From the NCBI GenBank assembly GCA_040767965.1, contig JAXGNR010000012.1:1-56237 (forward strand): DNA of 56,237 nucleotides. Direction: 5' to 3'. The first letter of the stretch is position 1, and each line of letters begins with the position of its first letter. Under the pieces are notes generated by a model. It worked only from the letters and a program-made list of their open reading frames with translations, searched no databases and was not told the origin of the DNA. A program made the translations under genes and the position numbers. This document shows, one piece after another, positions 10,179 to 19,028 of this stretch. The stretch comes from Atribacterota bacterium (lineage in GTDB: Bacteria > Atribacterota > Phoenicimicrobiia > Phoenicimicrobiales > Stramentimicrobiaceae).

Positions 10179-11269
10179 TTATACATCCCCTTTTCTCAAG
10201 CGCATTCCTTCACCGCTTAATATCTTTTCTATATATTCATCTGTTAAATCCCATTCATAAAAGCTGGAATAAAAATATTTTACTTCTTCCTGCATACTGA
10301 TATCTTCAAACAAATCCGGATATAGCAGTTTGGCTACACATAAAATTGCTAGAGGTGTTTCCAGGGCATTAGTGGGATGACCCCACCGGGATACCCCATT
10401 GGGCATTTTATAAACTCTTTCATTTTTTACTGCCTGCAAATCAGCCCATTGTTCATTGGTAAGAATATATTTATCTACATTCTCTTCATTGACAATAATG
10501 ACTTCTGCATCCCAGAGTAATATTTGTTCTAAACTGGCAAAGTATTTATTTTCTAAAAACTTTAAATCTGTATCCAGGAAACATTGTGGGCTCCGGCAAT
10601 TTCCAGCCATTCAGCTGCCCGGGTACCCCTAGCGTCAGTCCTGGTTGCCTCGTTAACTGAATGATATACGGTAACTCTGTCTGAAAAAGGTATTTCCTTA
10701 ATTTTTTCCTGTACTCTTTCTATGCAATAATTATAATAATCAATATATTGTCTGGCTTCTTCAACCTCACCAAGGGCTTTGCCTATCATTTCCATAGAAA
10801 ACTGGTGCTCGGCAATAGATCCATAATCAATGACCAGATAGGGAATATCAAATTGCTCTATCTGGGCAACATAGGCTTCGCTAACCGCATTTTCTCCCTG
10901 GATAAACAGAATATCACAGTCGGCCCTGGCCAGCTCTTCAATGTTAATGACACTACTTTTACTGGGGACTAAGGCATCCTTAATATTTGGAAACATTTCT
11001 GTAAAGAGAACATCTCTTTTCAGTCCATCTACGATTGCCACAATGTCAGGTCCCCGGTTCAGTAAGGCAACAGCATGGCCGGAATAGGCAAATAGGCAAC
11101 CGATTCGCTCTATTTCTTCTGGATTAGGCACTTCTACTTCTCTATCAAAACAATCAATAACAATATTCTTTTCTGTAATTGCAGTCTCATCTGCTATAAT
11201 TGTTATGCTAAATGCAAATAATATACAAAAAATCATACTGAAAAAGATAATGAAATTTCTTTTAAACAT
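10179..11269 (-). CDS. Type II (Fe-siderophore/B12-class) ABC substrate-binding protein, split by one frameshift near 10576
   Basis: Signal peptide, DCFDREVEVP..IERI, INIEEL, SLEQILLWDAEVII, W..LQAVKNERVY; two overlapping ORFs are joined by restoring one C. Confidence 0.85.
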
Positions 11270-12092
11270 ATACTAAAGACTCCTTTTCTGAAATTTTTAT
11301 AGGGATGATATATTTCTGCTTTTTTAGATCATCCAAATCATAATCAATAATTTTGCATTCTATTTTAAATATTTTACTAATATTCTCTTTAGTCAACACC
11401 TCTCCAGGCCGTCCATAGATGGCAAATTTTTTTTCATTAAGCATGGCAGTAAAAGTTGTTAATCCATTATTCTCAAAATAAAAAGCATGATTCAGGTAAT
11501 GAGTTGCCAGAATAATAGATAAATTCTTTTTTTTGGCTAACTGCCTGGTTACCTCCAGAACAGTTAAACTGTTCTGGAAATCCAGATAAGTTGTGGGCTC
11601 ATCCATAATCATAATTTTTGATTGCTGAGCCAGTGCTCTGGCTATCATAACCAGCTGTCCTTCCCCACCGCTTAATTCAGTATATGGCCTGTGCATTAAA
11701 TGCTTTATACCTACAGTCTCAATGGCTTCATGAGAGGTTGAAACATCCTCTCTACCAGGAGACCCGAACATTCCAATATGGGAAGCTCTTCCCATTAGAA
11801 CAATTTCCTCAACTGTATATGGAAATGTTTTTTTATGTATTTGAGGGACATAAGCAATTGTTCGGGCAATTTCTCTTGCTTTTAGATAATTGATATTTTT
11901 CCCCTGTAATAATATTTCACCTTTTTTCAATGGGAAAATCCCCATAATGCAATCCAGGAGTGTTGTTTTTCCTGAACCATTAGGCCCTATCAGGCATATA
12001 ACTTCTCCGGCTTCCATCTGGAAATTAATATTTTCCAGAACATTGTGACGGCCATAACCAAAACCAGCTTCTTTTACTTCTAATAAAGACAT
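11262..12092 (-). CDS. ABC transporter ATPase, FecE/BtuD family
   Basis: GPNGSGKTT, LSGGE, MDEPTTYLD. Confidence 0.9.
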   Translation of the reverse strand: MSLLEVKEAGFGYGRHNVLENINFQMEAGEVICLIGPNGSGKTTLLDCIMGIFPLKKGEILLQGKNINYLKAREIARTIAYVPQIHKKTFPYTVEEIVLMGRASHIGMFGSPGREDVSTSHEAIETVGIKHLMHRPYTELSGGEGQLVMIARALAQQSKIMIMDEPTTYLDFQNSLTVLEVTRQLAKKKNLSIILATHYLNHAFYFENNGLTTFTAMLNEKKFAIYGRPGEVLTKENISKIFKIECKIIDYDLDDLKKQKYIIPIKISEKESLVYV

Positions 12093-12096
12093 CCTA

Positions 12097-13134
12097 CTAC
12101 CATCCCTTTCCCTTGGTCTTTTTTAAAAGATAGACAAAGAAGGGTCCGCCGATTAAGGCAGTAAGTATTCCCAGGGGTATTTCAGCCCCAATCAAAGTAC
12201 GACTTAAATTGTCCACCACAATCATAAAGAAAGCTCCCAGAAAAAAGCTGGCTGGAATAAGAATACGGTTATCATTACCGACCATCATCCGACCAATATG
12301 AGGCATAACTAAACCCACCCAGCCGATATTACCACTGACGCTAATCGCTCCAGCAGTAGCCAGCGAAGCACATAAAACCATAATAATTTTCGTCAGGATA
12401 TTATTAATGCCCAGTGCCTGGGCTTCTTTATCCCCCATTGACAGGACATTAATCTGCCAGCGCAGGGCAATTAATCCGAGAACACCAATAGAAATGGGTA
12501 TAATAGAAAAGTAGATATCTTGATACTGGGCAGTAGCCAGACTACCCATCAGCCAGAAGGTAATTGATGGTAATTTTTCAAAAGGGTCTGCTACAAATTT
12601 TGCAAAAGAAACCAGGGCAGAAAATATTGAAGACACAACCACACCACCTAACACCAGTGTAATTGTTGGAGTGGAATGGTAAATCTGTCCAATAAAAAAG
12701 CTCATTGCTACTGCTAACAAGGCAAAACCAAAGGCATAAAAATAAACCATATAATTCTGACCATATAGAATAATTGCCAGCACTGCACCAAAACTTGCTC
12801 CGGAGCTGACTCCCAAAATACCTGAACTTACCAAAGGATTCCGAAATAATCCCTGAAAGGCAGCCCCGCTAATAGCCAGGCTGCCTCCTACCATTGCACC
12901 CAGAATAGCCCTGGGCAATCTTATTTTCCAGACCACAGTGTTATAAATATTCGGAAAATCCTGATTAACCTGAGGATTAACAGTTACTCTGAATACAGCC
13001 ATGATGTCAGCCCAAGTCAAGGGATACCTGCCTATAAAAAGTGAGAAAAAAATCCCGATAAAAGGTAAAATGATAATTAATATCAGGAGAACACTATTCT
13101 TTTTTAATTTTAAAGCAGAAAAAATTTTTTGCAT
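12097..13134 (-). CDS. FecCD/BtuC-family ABC permease
   Basis: IRLPRAILGAMVGGSLAISGAAFQGLFRNPL, GNIGWVGLVMPH, EIPLGILTALIGGPFF. Confidence 0.92.
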   Translation of the reverse strand: MQKIFSALKLKKNSVLLILIIILPFIGIFFSLFIGRYPLTWADIMAVFRVTVNPQVNQDFPNIYNTVVWKIRLPRAILGAMVGGSLAISGAAFQGLFRNPLVSSGILGVSSGASFGAVLAIILYGQNYMVYFYAFGFALLAVAMSFFIGQIYHSTPTITLVLGGVVVSSIFSALVSFAKFVADPFEKLPSITFWLMGSLATAQYQDIYFSIIPISIGVLGLIALRWQINVLSMGDKEAQALGINNILTKIIMVLCASLATAGAISVSGNIGWVGLVMPHIGRMMVGNDNRILIPASFFLGAFFMIVVDNLSRTLIGAEIPLGILTALIGGPFFVYLLKKTKGKGW

Positions 13135-13166
13135 CTACATTCCGGTAATCATAATTTTGTTCAAAA

Positions 13167-13640
13167 TTATTTTATTGCCCCTAAGGCCATAAATTCCAAT
13201 ATCAGTTCTTCACCTAATTTTTCACCGCTTTTTGATTCTAATTCAGGAAAAATAATAATCTGGTAAGTCTTTAAAGATTCTATACCTTCTTTTATAATCA
13301 GGGTAATATTATTTCTCTTTTCTCTTTCAATCTGGTCATCAGCCATTTCAATTTCTACAGCTACTTCACTACCGCCTTCTTTGTTAATAACCTTGAAGCA
13401 TTGACTATTATTTTCACTGACTTCCATGTTAACTACATTCTTGCTGAAAGTGAATTCAATAACAATGTTTCTTTGTCCTTCATCATTTAATTCATCAGTC
13501 ATACGAAATGCTTCCAAAACCAGAGGATTCTTTCCACTGTCCTGTGCCATAGCAGAAATAGTTCCTAAGGTAAACACAACAACCAGAATAACAGCCAAAA
13601 TTAAATTTGATTTTTTTATACTCTGTAAATTTAAAAACAT
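13167..13640 (-). CDS. Secreted Ig-like (Big_5/SbsA-type) domain protein
   Basis: Signal peptide ending AMA; FTFSKNVVN...DDQI...KSGEKLG beta-rich pattern; GGAGG RBS before ATG 13640. Confidence 0.6.
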   Translation of the reverse strand: MFLNLQSIKKSNLILAVILVVVFTLGTISAMAQDSGKNPLVLEAFRMTDELNDEGQRNIVIEFTFSKNVVNMEVSENNSQCFKVINKEGGSEVAVEIEMADDQIEREKRNNITLIIKEGIESLKTYQIIIFPELESKSGEKLGEELILEFMALGAIK

Positions 13641-13670
13641 AAAAACCTCCAAATATTTTTTTGATTAAAA

Positions 13671-13702
13671 TAAAAAATCCTGTACTTTTCCCCGTACAGG
13701 AT
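13671..13702 (-). terminator. Riboswitch expression-platform intrinsic terminator
   Basis: ATCCTGTAC-ggggaaaa-GTACAGGAT followed by a U-tract, between the aptamer and the first gene. Confidence 0.8.
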
Positions 13703-13710
13703 ATAATTAT

Positions 13711-13803
13711 CTCTTCTTTCCAAACACGGGGGGCTCAGCAATTTCTCACTAAACCTGATGGTTAGCTTTCATGGAAAACCTTTAGAAAAACTAACTCGAA
13801 GAA
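13711..13803 (-). ncRNA. Moco/Wco riboswitch (Moco RNA motif), P3-lacking variant
   Basis: Minus strand CTTCGA-GTTAGTTTT-TCTAAA..CATGA-AAGCTAAC-CATC-AGGTTTAGTGA GAAA TTGCTGAGCC-CCCCGTGTTTGGAAAGAAGAG: GAAA tetraloop, receptor-like motif, conserved CCCGTRTTTGGAAAG, no P3. Confidence 0.85.
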
Positions 13804-13833
13804 AATTGTACAGTATTTAATTTAATAAAAGTT

Positions 13834-13862
13834 ATTATACACAATTAGTTATTTTAGTGCAA
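13834..13862 (-). promoter_or_regulatory. Sigma70 promoter for the riboswitch operon
   Basis: TTGCAC-17 bp-TATAAT about 30 nt upstream of the aptamer. Confidence 0.7.
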
Positions 13863-13904
13863 ATAGATGAACCGGATATAGCCTATATATCATCAGGCAA
13901 TCCA

Positions 13905-13949
13905 AATTAAAAAGAATAGATATATTCAATATATCTATTCTTTTTAATT
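13905..13949 (-). terminator. Hairpin after wtpA
   Basis: aattaaaaagaatagatata/tatatctattctttttaatt inverted repeat. Confidence 0.7.
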
Positions 13950-13962
13950 ATTCTATTTTTCC

Positions 13963-15054
13963 TTATTTTTCAATAACTATACTGGCTAATGATTGAGGAA
14001 GATTGTTTGAAAAATCCACAACTGGTGGATTTATGACTACCTGTCCGGTATTTTCCATTATTCTCTGGCCCTGGGGACTAAGAATGAATTCCATCAGTCT
14101 GATTGCCTCTTGTGGATTTGGGGCATTATTGGGAATTGTTATTCCGTAGATAATAGGTAAAATGTCATAATCCGGATTGACTGATAAAAACCTTTTAAAA
14201 GCAAGTTTGACTTTCATATTCGAGCATAATGCTTTAAATTCCTCAGAACCCAGATTTATCTCCGGTGGAAACTCCAGAAAATTAACCTCATGCTGCCGGG
14301 CAACACTTTTGTATTCAAAACCATAATCCAGATCACCTGACTGAATAGGAAAAAGTAATTTGATACTGGAATCCCGGATGGCAAGTCTCTCCGCTTCCAA
14401 AATTTCCGGAATTAGAATTGTGTAGCTGTCTTCATTTTTTTCCACCTTAATAGGATACGAGAATCTTCCAATTACATTATGCAGTAAATCTTTTTCCTGA
14501 TAAAAAATTTCTGCTAATTTTAAAGCCATCAATGACCTGTAGCCACAGGCATCAAATCGTGGATCTGAAATTCCAACTTTTACCTCTGGTCTGGAAAGAA
14601 TTTGATACCAATTATCGGTATTGATCTCATCATTGTATTTGCTTTGGGAAGTGTAAGCTAATCCCAGAATGTTTGTTCCAAACTGAATACACCAGCTGGC
14701 ATAAGGTTGCTGGCTTTCCGGAATCATTGTTTCGTACATCAGTTTTGGAATCAACGAATAGTCAGCTACTGCAACAATATCTGCAATAGGCTCTCCTGAA
14801 AAAGCTGGTAATTCGATTACATGCCGGATAACCTGAATACTGCCATGCCCTTCAACCAGGACATCAATCCCTGGATTTTCTGCCTCAAAGGCCTTTTCTA
14901 TAGCCCCAAAAGGAACTAACAAACTTCCGGCTGCCTGGATTTTCACAGATATCTTTTCCTGGTCCTGGCAAAAACCAGATAAAAATAGGCTGATTATCAG
15001 TATAATTAAGCAAGCTCCAAAGACTGTTTTCCTTAACAGTTTTATGGTCATCAT
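13963..15054 (-). CDS. wtpA: Tungstate/molybdate ABC substrate-binding protein, WtpA class
   Basis: AAGSLLVPF..E..F, EGHGSIQVIR, AVADY, SDPRFDACGYRS, FEYKSVA, IIYGITIP. Confidence 0.85.
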   Translation of the reverse strand: MMTIKLLRKTVFGACLIILIISLFLSGFCQDQEKISVKIQAAGSLLVPFGAIEKAFEAENPGIDVLVEGHGSIQVIRHVIELPAFSGEPIADIVAVADYSLIPKLMYETMIPESQQPYASWCIQFGTNILGLAYTSQSKYNDEINTDNWYQILSRPEVKVGISDPRFDACGYRSLMALKLAEIFYQEKDLLHNVIGRFSYPIKVEKNEDSYTILIPEILEAERLAIRDSSIKLLFPIQSGDLDYGFEYKSVARQHEVNFLEFPPEINLGSEEFKALCSNMKVKLAFKRFLSVNPDYDILPIIYGITIPNNAPNPQEAIRLMEFILSPQGQRIMENTGQVVINPPVVDFSNNLPQSLASIVIEK

Positions 15055-15102
15055 TCCTCTCCTGTTAAATAGAGAATTTTAAAAAGTTTTGGCTATTTGC
15101 CT

Positions 15103-16077
15103 TTAGGGAAAAATAACTTTAATTTCTTTTATTTGACCTACCTGCTCTTTCCCGGTTAAACCATCTCCTACCAACCTTAATGGCCAGGAATTTTCCGGTA
15201 AAGATTCTCCGTCTAGTTTATATGCCACAATGATATTATTCCTTCGGGCAATAGATGAGATTGGAAGTGTTGCACTAAATCCGTCTTCAGCAATAATTTC
15301 TACTTCATATCCGTCCTGGACCAATGAATCATTAAAGGCTTTTCCTTCATGAGGATTATCATCATCTACCCGTCCTACCAGTAGCCACAGGGGAATTCCT
15401 TCCCATTCTCTACCTTTATCATCAACATATCTGGTACCATGACAACCTTCGGCTGAACCAGATTCAAAAGTAGCCCGATCAATATTTTCATCCCGTGCAC
15501 CTTTCAACTGTAAAACCCAATCCTTAGGAGCAGGAACCAGCTCTATCTGTTCAACCCACTTACTCCACCAGTGACCGTCTGTTACCTGATTCTTCTCACT
15601 AAGAATAGCCAGTCTTAGGGGACCACCCAGCTCAAAGGTCATTGCTTCTCCATCAGTCATATAAGCCAGAATCATATGCAAATCACCATGGGGCACTTCA
15701 TTTAACGAAACAGGGTCATAGGTAATAAAATCATTTTCGGTTACTTGTTTATAACTGAAAGTCATGGCATAACCGTCTCTGGAAATGATTTTAACAGCTG
15801 TATCAGGGTTAATGCCTCCGACCATATCGCATATTTCCAGAACAGATACTCCTTTTAGTTCAAAAGGACCCTCAATAGCACCGGTGCTGCGCATTCTACC
15901 TCCCCAGCCTTCTAAAGCAGGTAAATCCATAATTTCCTCCAGAGTTAATGTTTTTACTGTATCACCGGATGTTATTTTCAGGGCAACATCTTCCTGAGCT
16001 GCCAAAACATTGCCTATTGTTAATGATAGCCCAAATATGACCAGAAAAATTATTGTTTTTAATTTATTAATCTTCAA
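15103..16077 (-). CDS. Secreted protein with two molybdopterin-binding (sulfite oxidase/MsrP-like) domains
   Basis: Duplicated pattern KGVSV..DGY..ILAY..DG..GPLRL..KWVEQI / WEGIPL..DGF..IVAY..DG..PLRLV..QIKEI; Sec-type signal peptide, no RR motif. Confidence 0.7.
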   Translation of the reverse strand: MKINKLKTIIFLVIFGLSLTIGNVLAAQEDVALKITSGDTVKTLTLEEIMDLPALEGWGGRMRSTGAIEGPFELKGVSVLEICDMVGGINPDTAVKIISRDGYAMTFSYKQVTENDFITYDPVSLNEVPHGDLHMILAYMTDGEAMTFELGGPLRLAILSEKNQVTDGHWWSKWVEQIELVPAPKDWVLQLKGARDENIDRATFESGSAEGCHGTRYVDDKGREWEGIPLWLLVGRVDDDNPHEGKAFNDSLVQDGYEVEIIAEDGFSATLPISSIARRNNIIVAYKLDGESLPENSWPLRLVGDGLTGKEQVGQIKEIKVIFP

Positions 16078-16161
16078 TTTATTTCCTCCTAGTTTTTTTA
16101 TATTTTAAAGATCGTGGTAATTTTTTCAGTTCAAATATAGATATAAATAATCCTCCTCTCT

Positions 16162-16965
16162 TTATATGTTTTCATTTCTCATGATTAAAATTCTTAATAT
16201 AATAAAGATAATAAGTGAAATCATTACTCCCAGGGCAGCTATAGGGCGGGCATAGAAAAGTCCAAAATTAAAGCGGTCAGATACCAAGACCGGCAATGTC
16301 TTTCCACTCTTCCCTAAAAAAGATACATTATAAGCAATGATCATTACTGCACCAAACTCACTTACACCTCTTCCCCACATAAGAATACAGCCGGAATAAA
16401 TGCTTTTTAAGGCTAAAGGAAGAGATATATACCAGAATACCTGCCAGTGTGAAGCGCCATAAGTATAGGCGGTTTCTTCCAGTTCAATATCTATTGACTT
16501 AAAACCTTCCTTAACTGAATCAATCAAAAAAGGAATACTTACAAACATCATTGCCAGGACAACTCCATAGAATGTCTGGAAAAATTCAATTCCGAAAAAA
16601 CTAAAAACTCTCCCCAGGAAATAATTACGGCCAAAAACAAACAAGAGAGCTATGCCGGCTGCAGAATGGGGAATAACAATGGGAATATCAATAACGGCTT
16701 CCAGTATCCCTTTACCAAAAAAATTGTGTCTGGCTAGCAGATAAGCCAATGGTATCCCCAGTAAAAATCCCAACATTGTTGCAAGCAGTGCTGCAATCAA
16801 TGTTAAACAGATAGAGTGATTCACTTCTGGATCTTTTACTGTATTACACAATACAGATAATGGAGTATAAAAAATTGTTTTTAATGGTGGAAGAAGTATA
16901 AACAGGATTGTCATGATACCAATTAAAATAAAGATTAGATAGAACAAATCAACATTTTTTCTCAT
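16162..16965 (-). CDS. wtpB: Tungstate/molybdate ABC permease (WtpB/ModB)
   Basis: PLAYLLAR..F.GK, IDIPIVIPHSAAGIAL, EETAYTYGAS, RGVSEFGA. Confidence 0.85.
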   Translation of the reverse strand: MRKNVDLFYLIFILIGIMTILFILLPPLKTIFYTPLSVLCNTVKDPEVNHSICLTLIAALLATMLGFLLGIPLAYLLARHNFFGKGILEAVIDIPIVIPHSAAGIALLFVFGRNYFLGRVFSFFGIEFFQTFYGVVLAMMFVSIPFLIDSVKEGFKSIDIELEETAYTYGASHWQVFWYISLPLALKSIYSGCILMWGRGVSEFGAVMIIAYNVSFLGKSGKTLPVLVSDRFNFGLFYARPIAALGVMISLIIFIILRILIMRNENI

Positions 16966-17040
16966 TTTAGCAAGTAACCCTTTATTCCTTTCTACACCAA
17001 CGAATATTTATACTTTCCATTTATTTGCTATTCACCAGGA

Positions 17041-17097
17041 AATAAAAAAACAGCACTTTTTGACATTAGTAACAACAAGTTACATCAAAAAGTACTG
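17041..17097 (-). terminator. Riboswitch expression-platform terminator
   Basis: CAGTACTTTTTGA...TCAAAAAGTGCTG followed by TTTTTTT. Confidence 0.75.
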
Positions 17098-17119
17098 CCC
17101 TATATTTAAATTTCATCTT

Positions 17120-17233
17120 TCTCTCCTTTCCAAATACGGGAGGTTTAAACATTTCTATTTAAACCCTTAAGACTTTTGAGGTCTTGCGTTTACCGGTCAT
17201 AGAAAACCCTTAGGCCAGGTAAATCGAAGAGAC
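17120..17233 (-). ncRNA. Moco riboswitch (Moco RNA motif), P3-containing variant
   Basis: Minus strand CTCTTCGA-TTTACCTGG-CCTAAG..TATGA-CCGGTAAA-cgc-AAGAC ctcaaaa GTCTT (P3)-GGTTTAAATA GAAA TGTTTAAACC-TCCCGTATTTGGAAAGGAGAG. Confidence 0.9.
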
Positions 17234-17284
17234 TTATTTATAAATTATAAAAATTCTATTTCCCTGTTAAAAGTAATTTAATTT

Positions 17285-17503
17285 TTAGTCATCCACTGCT
17301 ATCATAACATTGCTGGCCTTAACAACAGCATATACCTCTTTCCCTATTTCCAGTCCCAGATTATTAACAGATGATTTGGTGATTACAGAGGTTATTTCCA
17401 TTCCGTTAGGCAGTTCAACGATAATTTCATCATTAACTGCTCCTTCTTTAATCTCTTTTACAATACCTTTAAGCATATTTCTAGCACTTATCTTCATTTT
17501 CAT
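17285..17503 (-). CDS. mop: Molbindin / Mop (TOBE) molybdate-binding protein
   Basis: KISARNMLKG..SVIT..S..LGL..G..AVVKASNV. Confidence 0.92.
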   Translation of the reverse strand: MKMKISARNMLKGIVKEIKEGAVNDEIIVELPNGMEITSVITKSSVNNLGLEIGKEVYAVVKASNVMIAVDD

Positions 17504-17621
17504 ATCCTCCTGTTTACTTATTTATTTTTACAGGCAATTTTTCTGTTCGTTATTCATTATTATATATCATTATACTATTTTTTGTGAAATAATTTTTCTA
17601 TAGTTTTCTTTAAATATATCT

Positions 17622-18431
17622 TTAAATACGCAATAGAAGATTCCCAAAAAAAAGAAAGAGCAATAATACCCCTACTTCATTTAGTTCATTAACCGCTCCT
17701 ATAATGTCACCACAAATACCCTGTATCTTTGCAAAAGAATAAAAGATTAACAGATAAGTAATAATTGCTGAAAATACCAGAAAGTAAAATGTGAAATATG
17801 ATAATAGATAAAAGCTGCATATCACAGCAAAGAAAGTAGCTATCAATAACTCTTTCCCTCCCAAATATATAGTGAACATGCGCGATAAAGAGTTATCAGC
17901 AGAGGCAGGTTTCCCTGAATAGCCAGCCAGCACCATTGACCATCTTCCAATAACCGGAGCCAATAGCAATGCTTCTGATTTATAAGCAGCAGGTAAATTG
18001 TTTATTAACAGCAGTTTTAAAATAATCAACAAGATTAAGCCAATGGCTCCCTTTGCCCCTATAGCCCCATCTTTCATTATACGGATAATCTCCTGCTGGT
18101 TTTTGCCACCGGAGAATCCATCTACCATATCAGCAAAACCCTCCAGGTGCAGTCCTCCGCTTAAAAAGATCCAGATTGCAAGAATAATTCCATTGACTAA
18201 CAAAATATCAAAGTGAGTAAATCCAAGTAAATAATTTACACCCACCAGAATAAAACCAATAAAAATACCAACTATCGGAAAAAATACACTGGATTTTGAT
18301 AAATCCTCTTTTATATAATCCTGTTCTTGTTTTGGCTGCTCCTTATTAGGAGTGGAAAATAAAAAGCTAACAGGCAAGACTGTTAAAAAAGAAAAGGCCA
18401 GAAGAAACCTTCTACACAAGTTTTTCATCAT
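17622..18431 (-). CDS. cobS: Adenosylcobinamide-GDP ribazoletransferase (cobalamin synthase)
   Basis: GGLHLEGFADMVDG, IMKD..IGAKG, GICGDIIGA. Confidence 0.92.
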   Translation of the reverse strand: MMKNLCRRFLLAFSFLTVLPVSFLFSTPNKEQPKQEQDYIKEDLSKSSVFFPIVGIFIGFILVGVNYLLGFTHFDILLVNGIILAIWIFLSGGLHLEGFADMVDGFSGGKNQQEIIRIMKDGAIGAKGAIGLILLIILKLLLINNLPAAYKSEALLLAPVIGRWSMVLAGYSGKPASADNSLSRMFTIYLGGKELLIATFFAVICSFYLLSYFTFYFLVFSAIITYLLIFYSFAKIQGICGDIIGAVNELNEVGVLLLFLFFGNLLLRI

Positions 18432-18987
18432 TATTCCCTTTAATTAAAATCGGAATACCGGCCACCATCAGATATACTTTAGCAGAATTGGCTGCAATAA
18501 ATTGATTAGCTTTACCTAAGGTATCACGGAAAAAACGCCCCAGCGGATTTACAGGAACTAATCCCAACCCTACTTCATTTGATACAATAATTAATGTAGC
18601 TGAACTTTTTAATGATTGGTTGATAATTCCTTCTACCTGCATCATAATGTTTTCATTTATTTCCTGGTTTTCTGAACCTTCCTGATAGTTGGTCATAAGA
18701 TTAGAGACCAAAAGAGTGAGGCAATCAAGTAATATCACATCTACCTGTTGACTAATTTTCTTAATAATTGGGAGAATATTATAGGGTTCCTCATATGTTT
18801 GCCAATCGGTAGGGCGGTGAGCGCGATGCTTGTTTATCCTCTCATGCATCTCTTTATCTAAAGCCTGTGCAGTGGCAATAAAGGCAACCTTTCCACCATT
18901 GTCGCGAGCTATTTTTTCTGCAAAAGAGCTTTTCCCACTGCGAACTCCTCCGGTAATCAGAATTATATTTTTATTTGAATAAATCAT
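18412..18987 (-). CDS. cobU: Adenosylcobinamide kinase/guanylyltransferase
   Basis: GGVRSGKSSFAE, EMHERI..HR..R, LLDCLTL, VSNEVGLG..P, FRDTLG. Confidence 0.95.
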   Translation of the reverse strand: MIYSNKNIILITGGVRSGKSSFAEKIARDNGGKVAFIATAQALDKEMHERINKHRAHRPTDWQTYEEPYNILPIIKKISQQVDVILLDCLTLLVSNLMTNYQEGSENQEINENIMMQVEGIINQSLKSSATLIIVSNEVGLGLVPVNPLGRFFRDTLGKANQFIAANSAKVYLMVAGIPILIKGNNDEKLV

Positions 18988-19028
18988 TCTTTTTCCTGCT
19001 GATAATACAAATAATAGTTAAGTAACTG

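Noticed and set aside
13653-13830. Cobalamin riboswitch or Fur box ahead of the FecCD-type transporter
   Set aside because: No B12-box or Fur consensus; the leader matches the Moco RNA motif instead
17548-17570. ModE-like box (CGTTAT...) upstream of mop
   Set aside because: Only one convincing half-site, and no modE gene in the window
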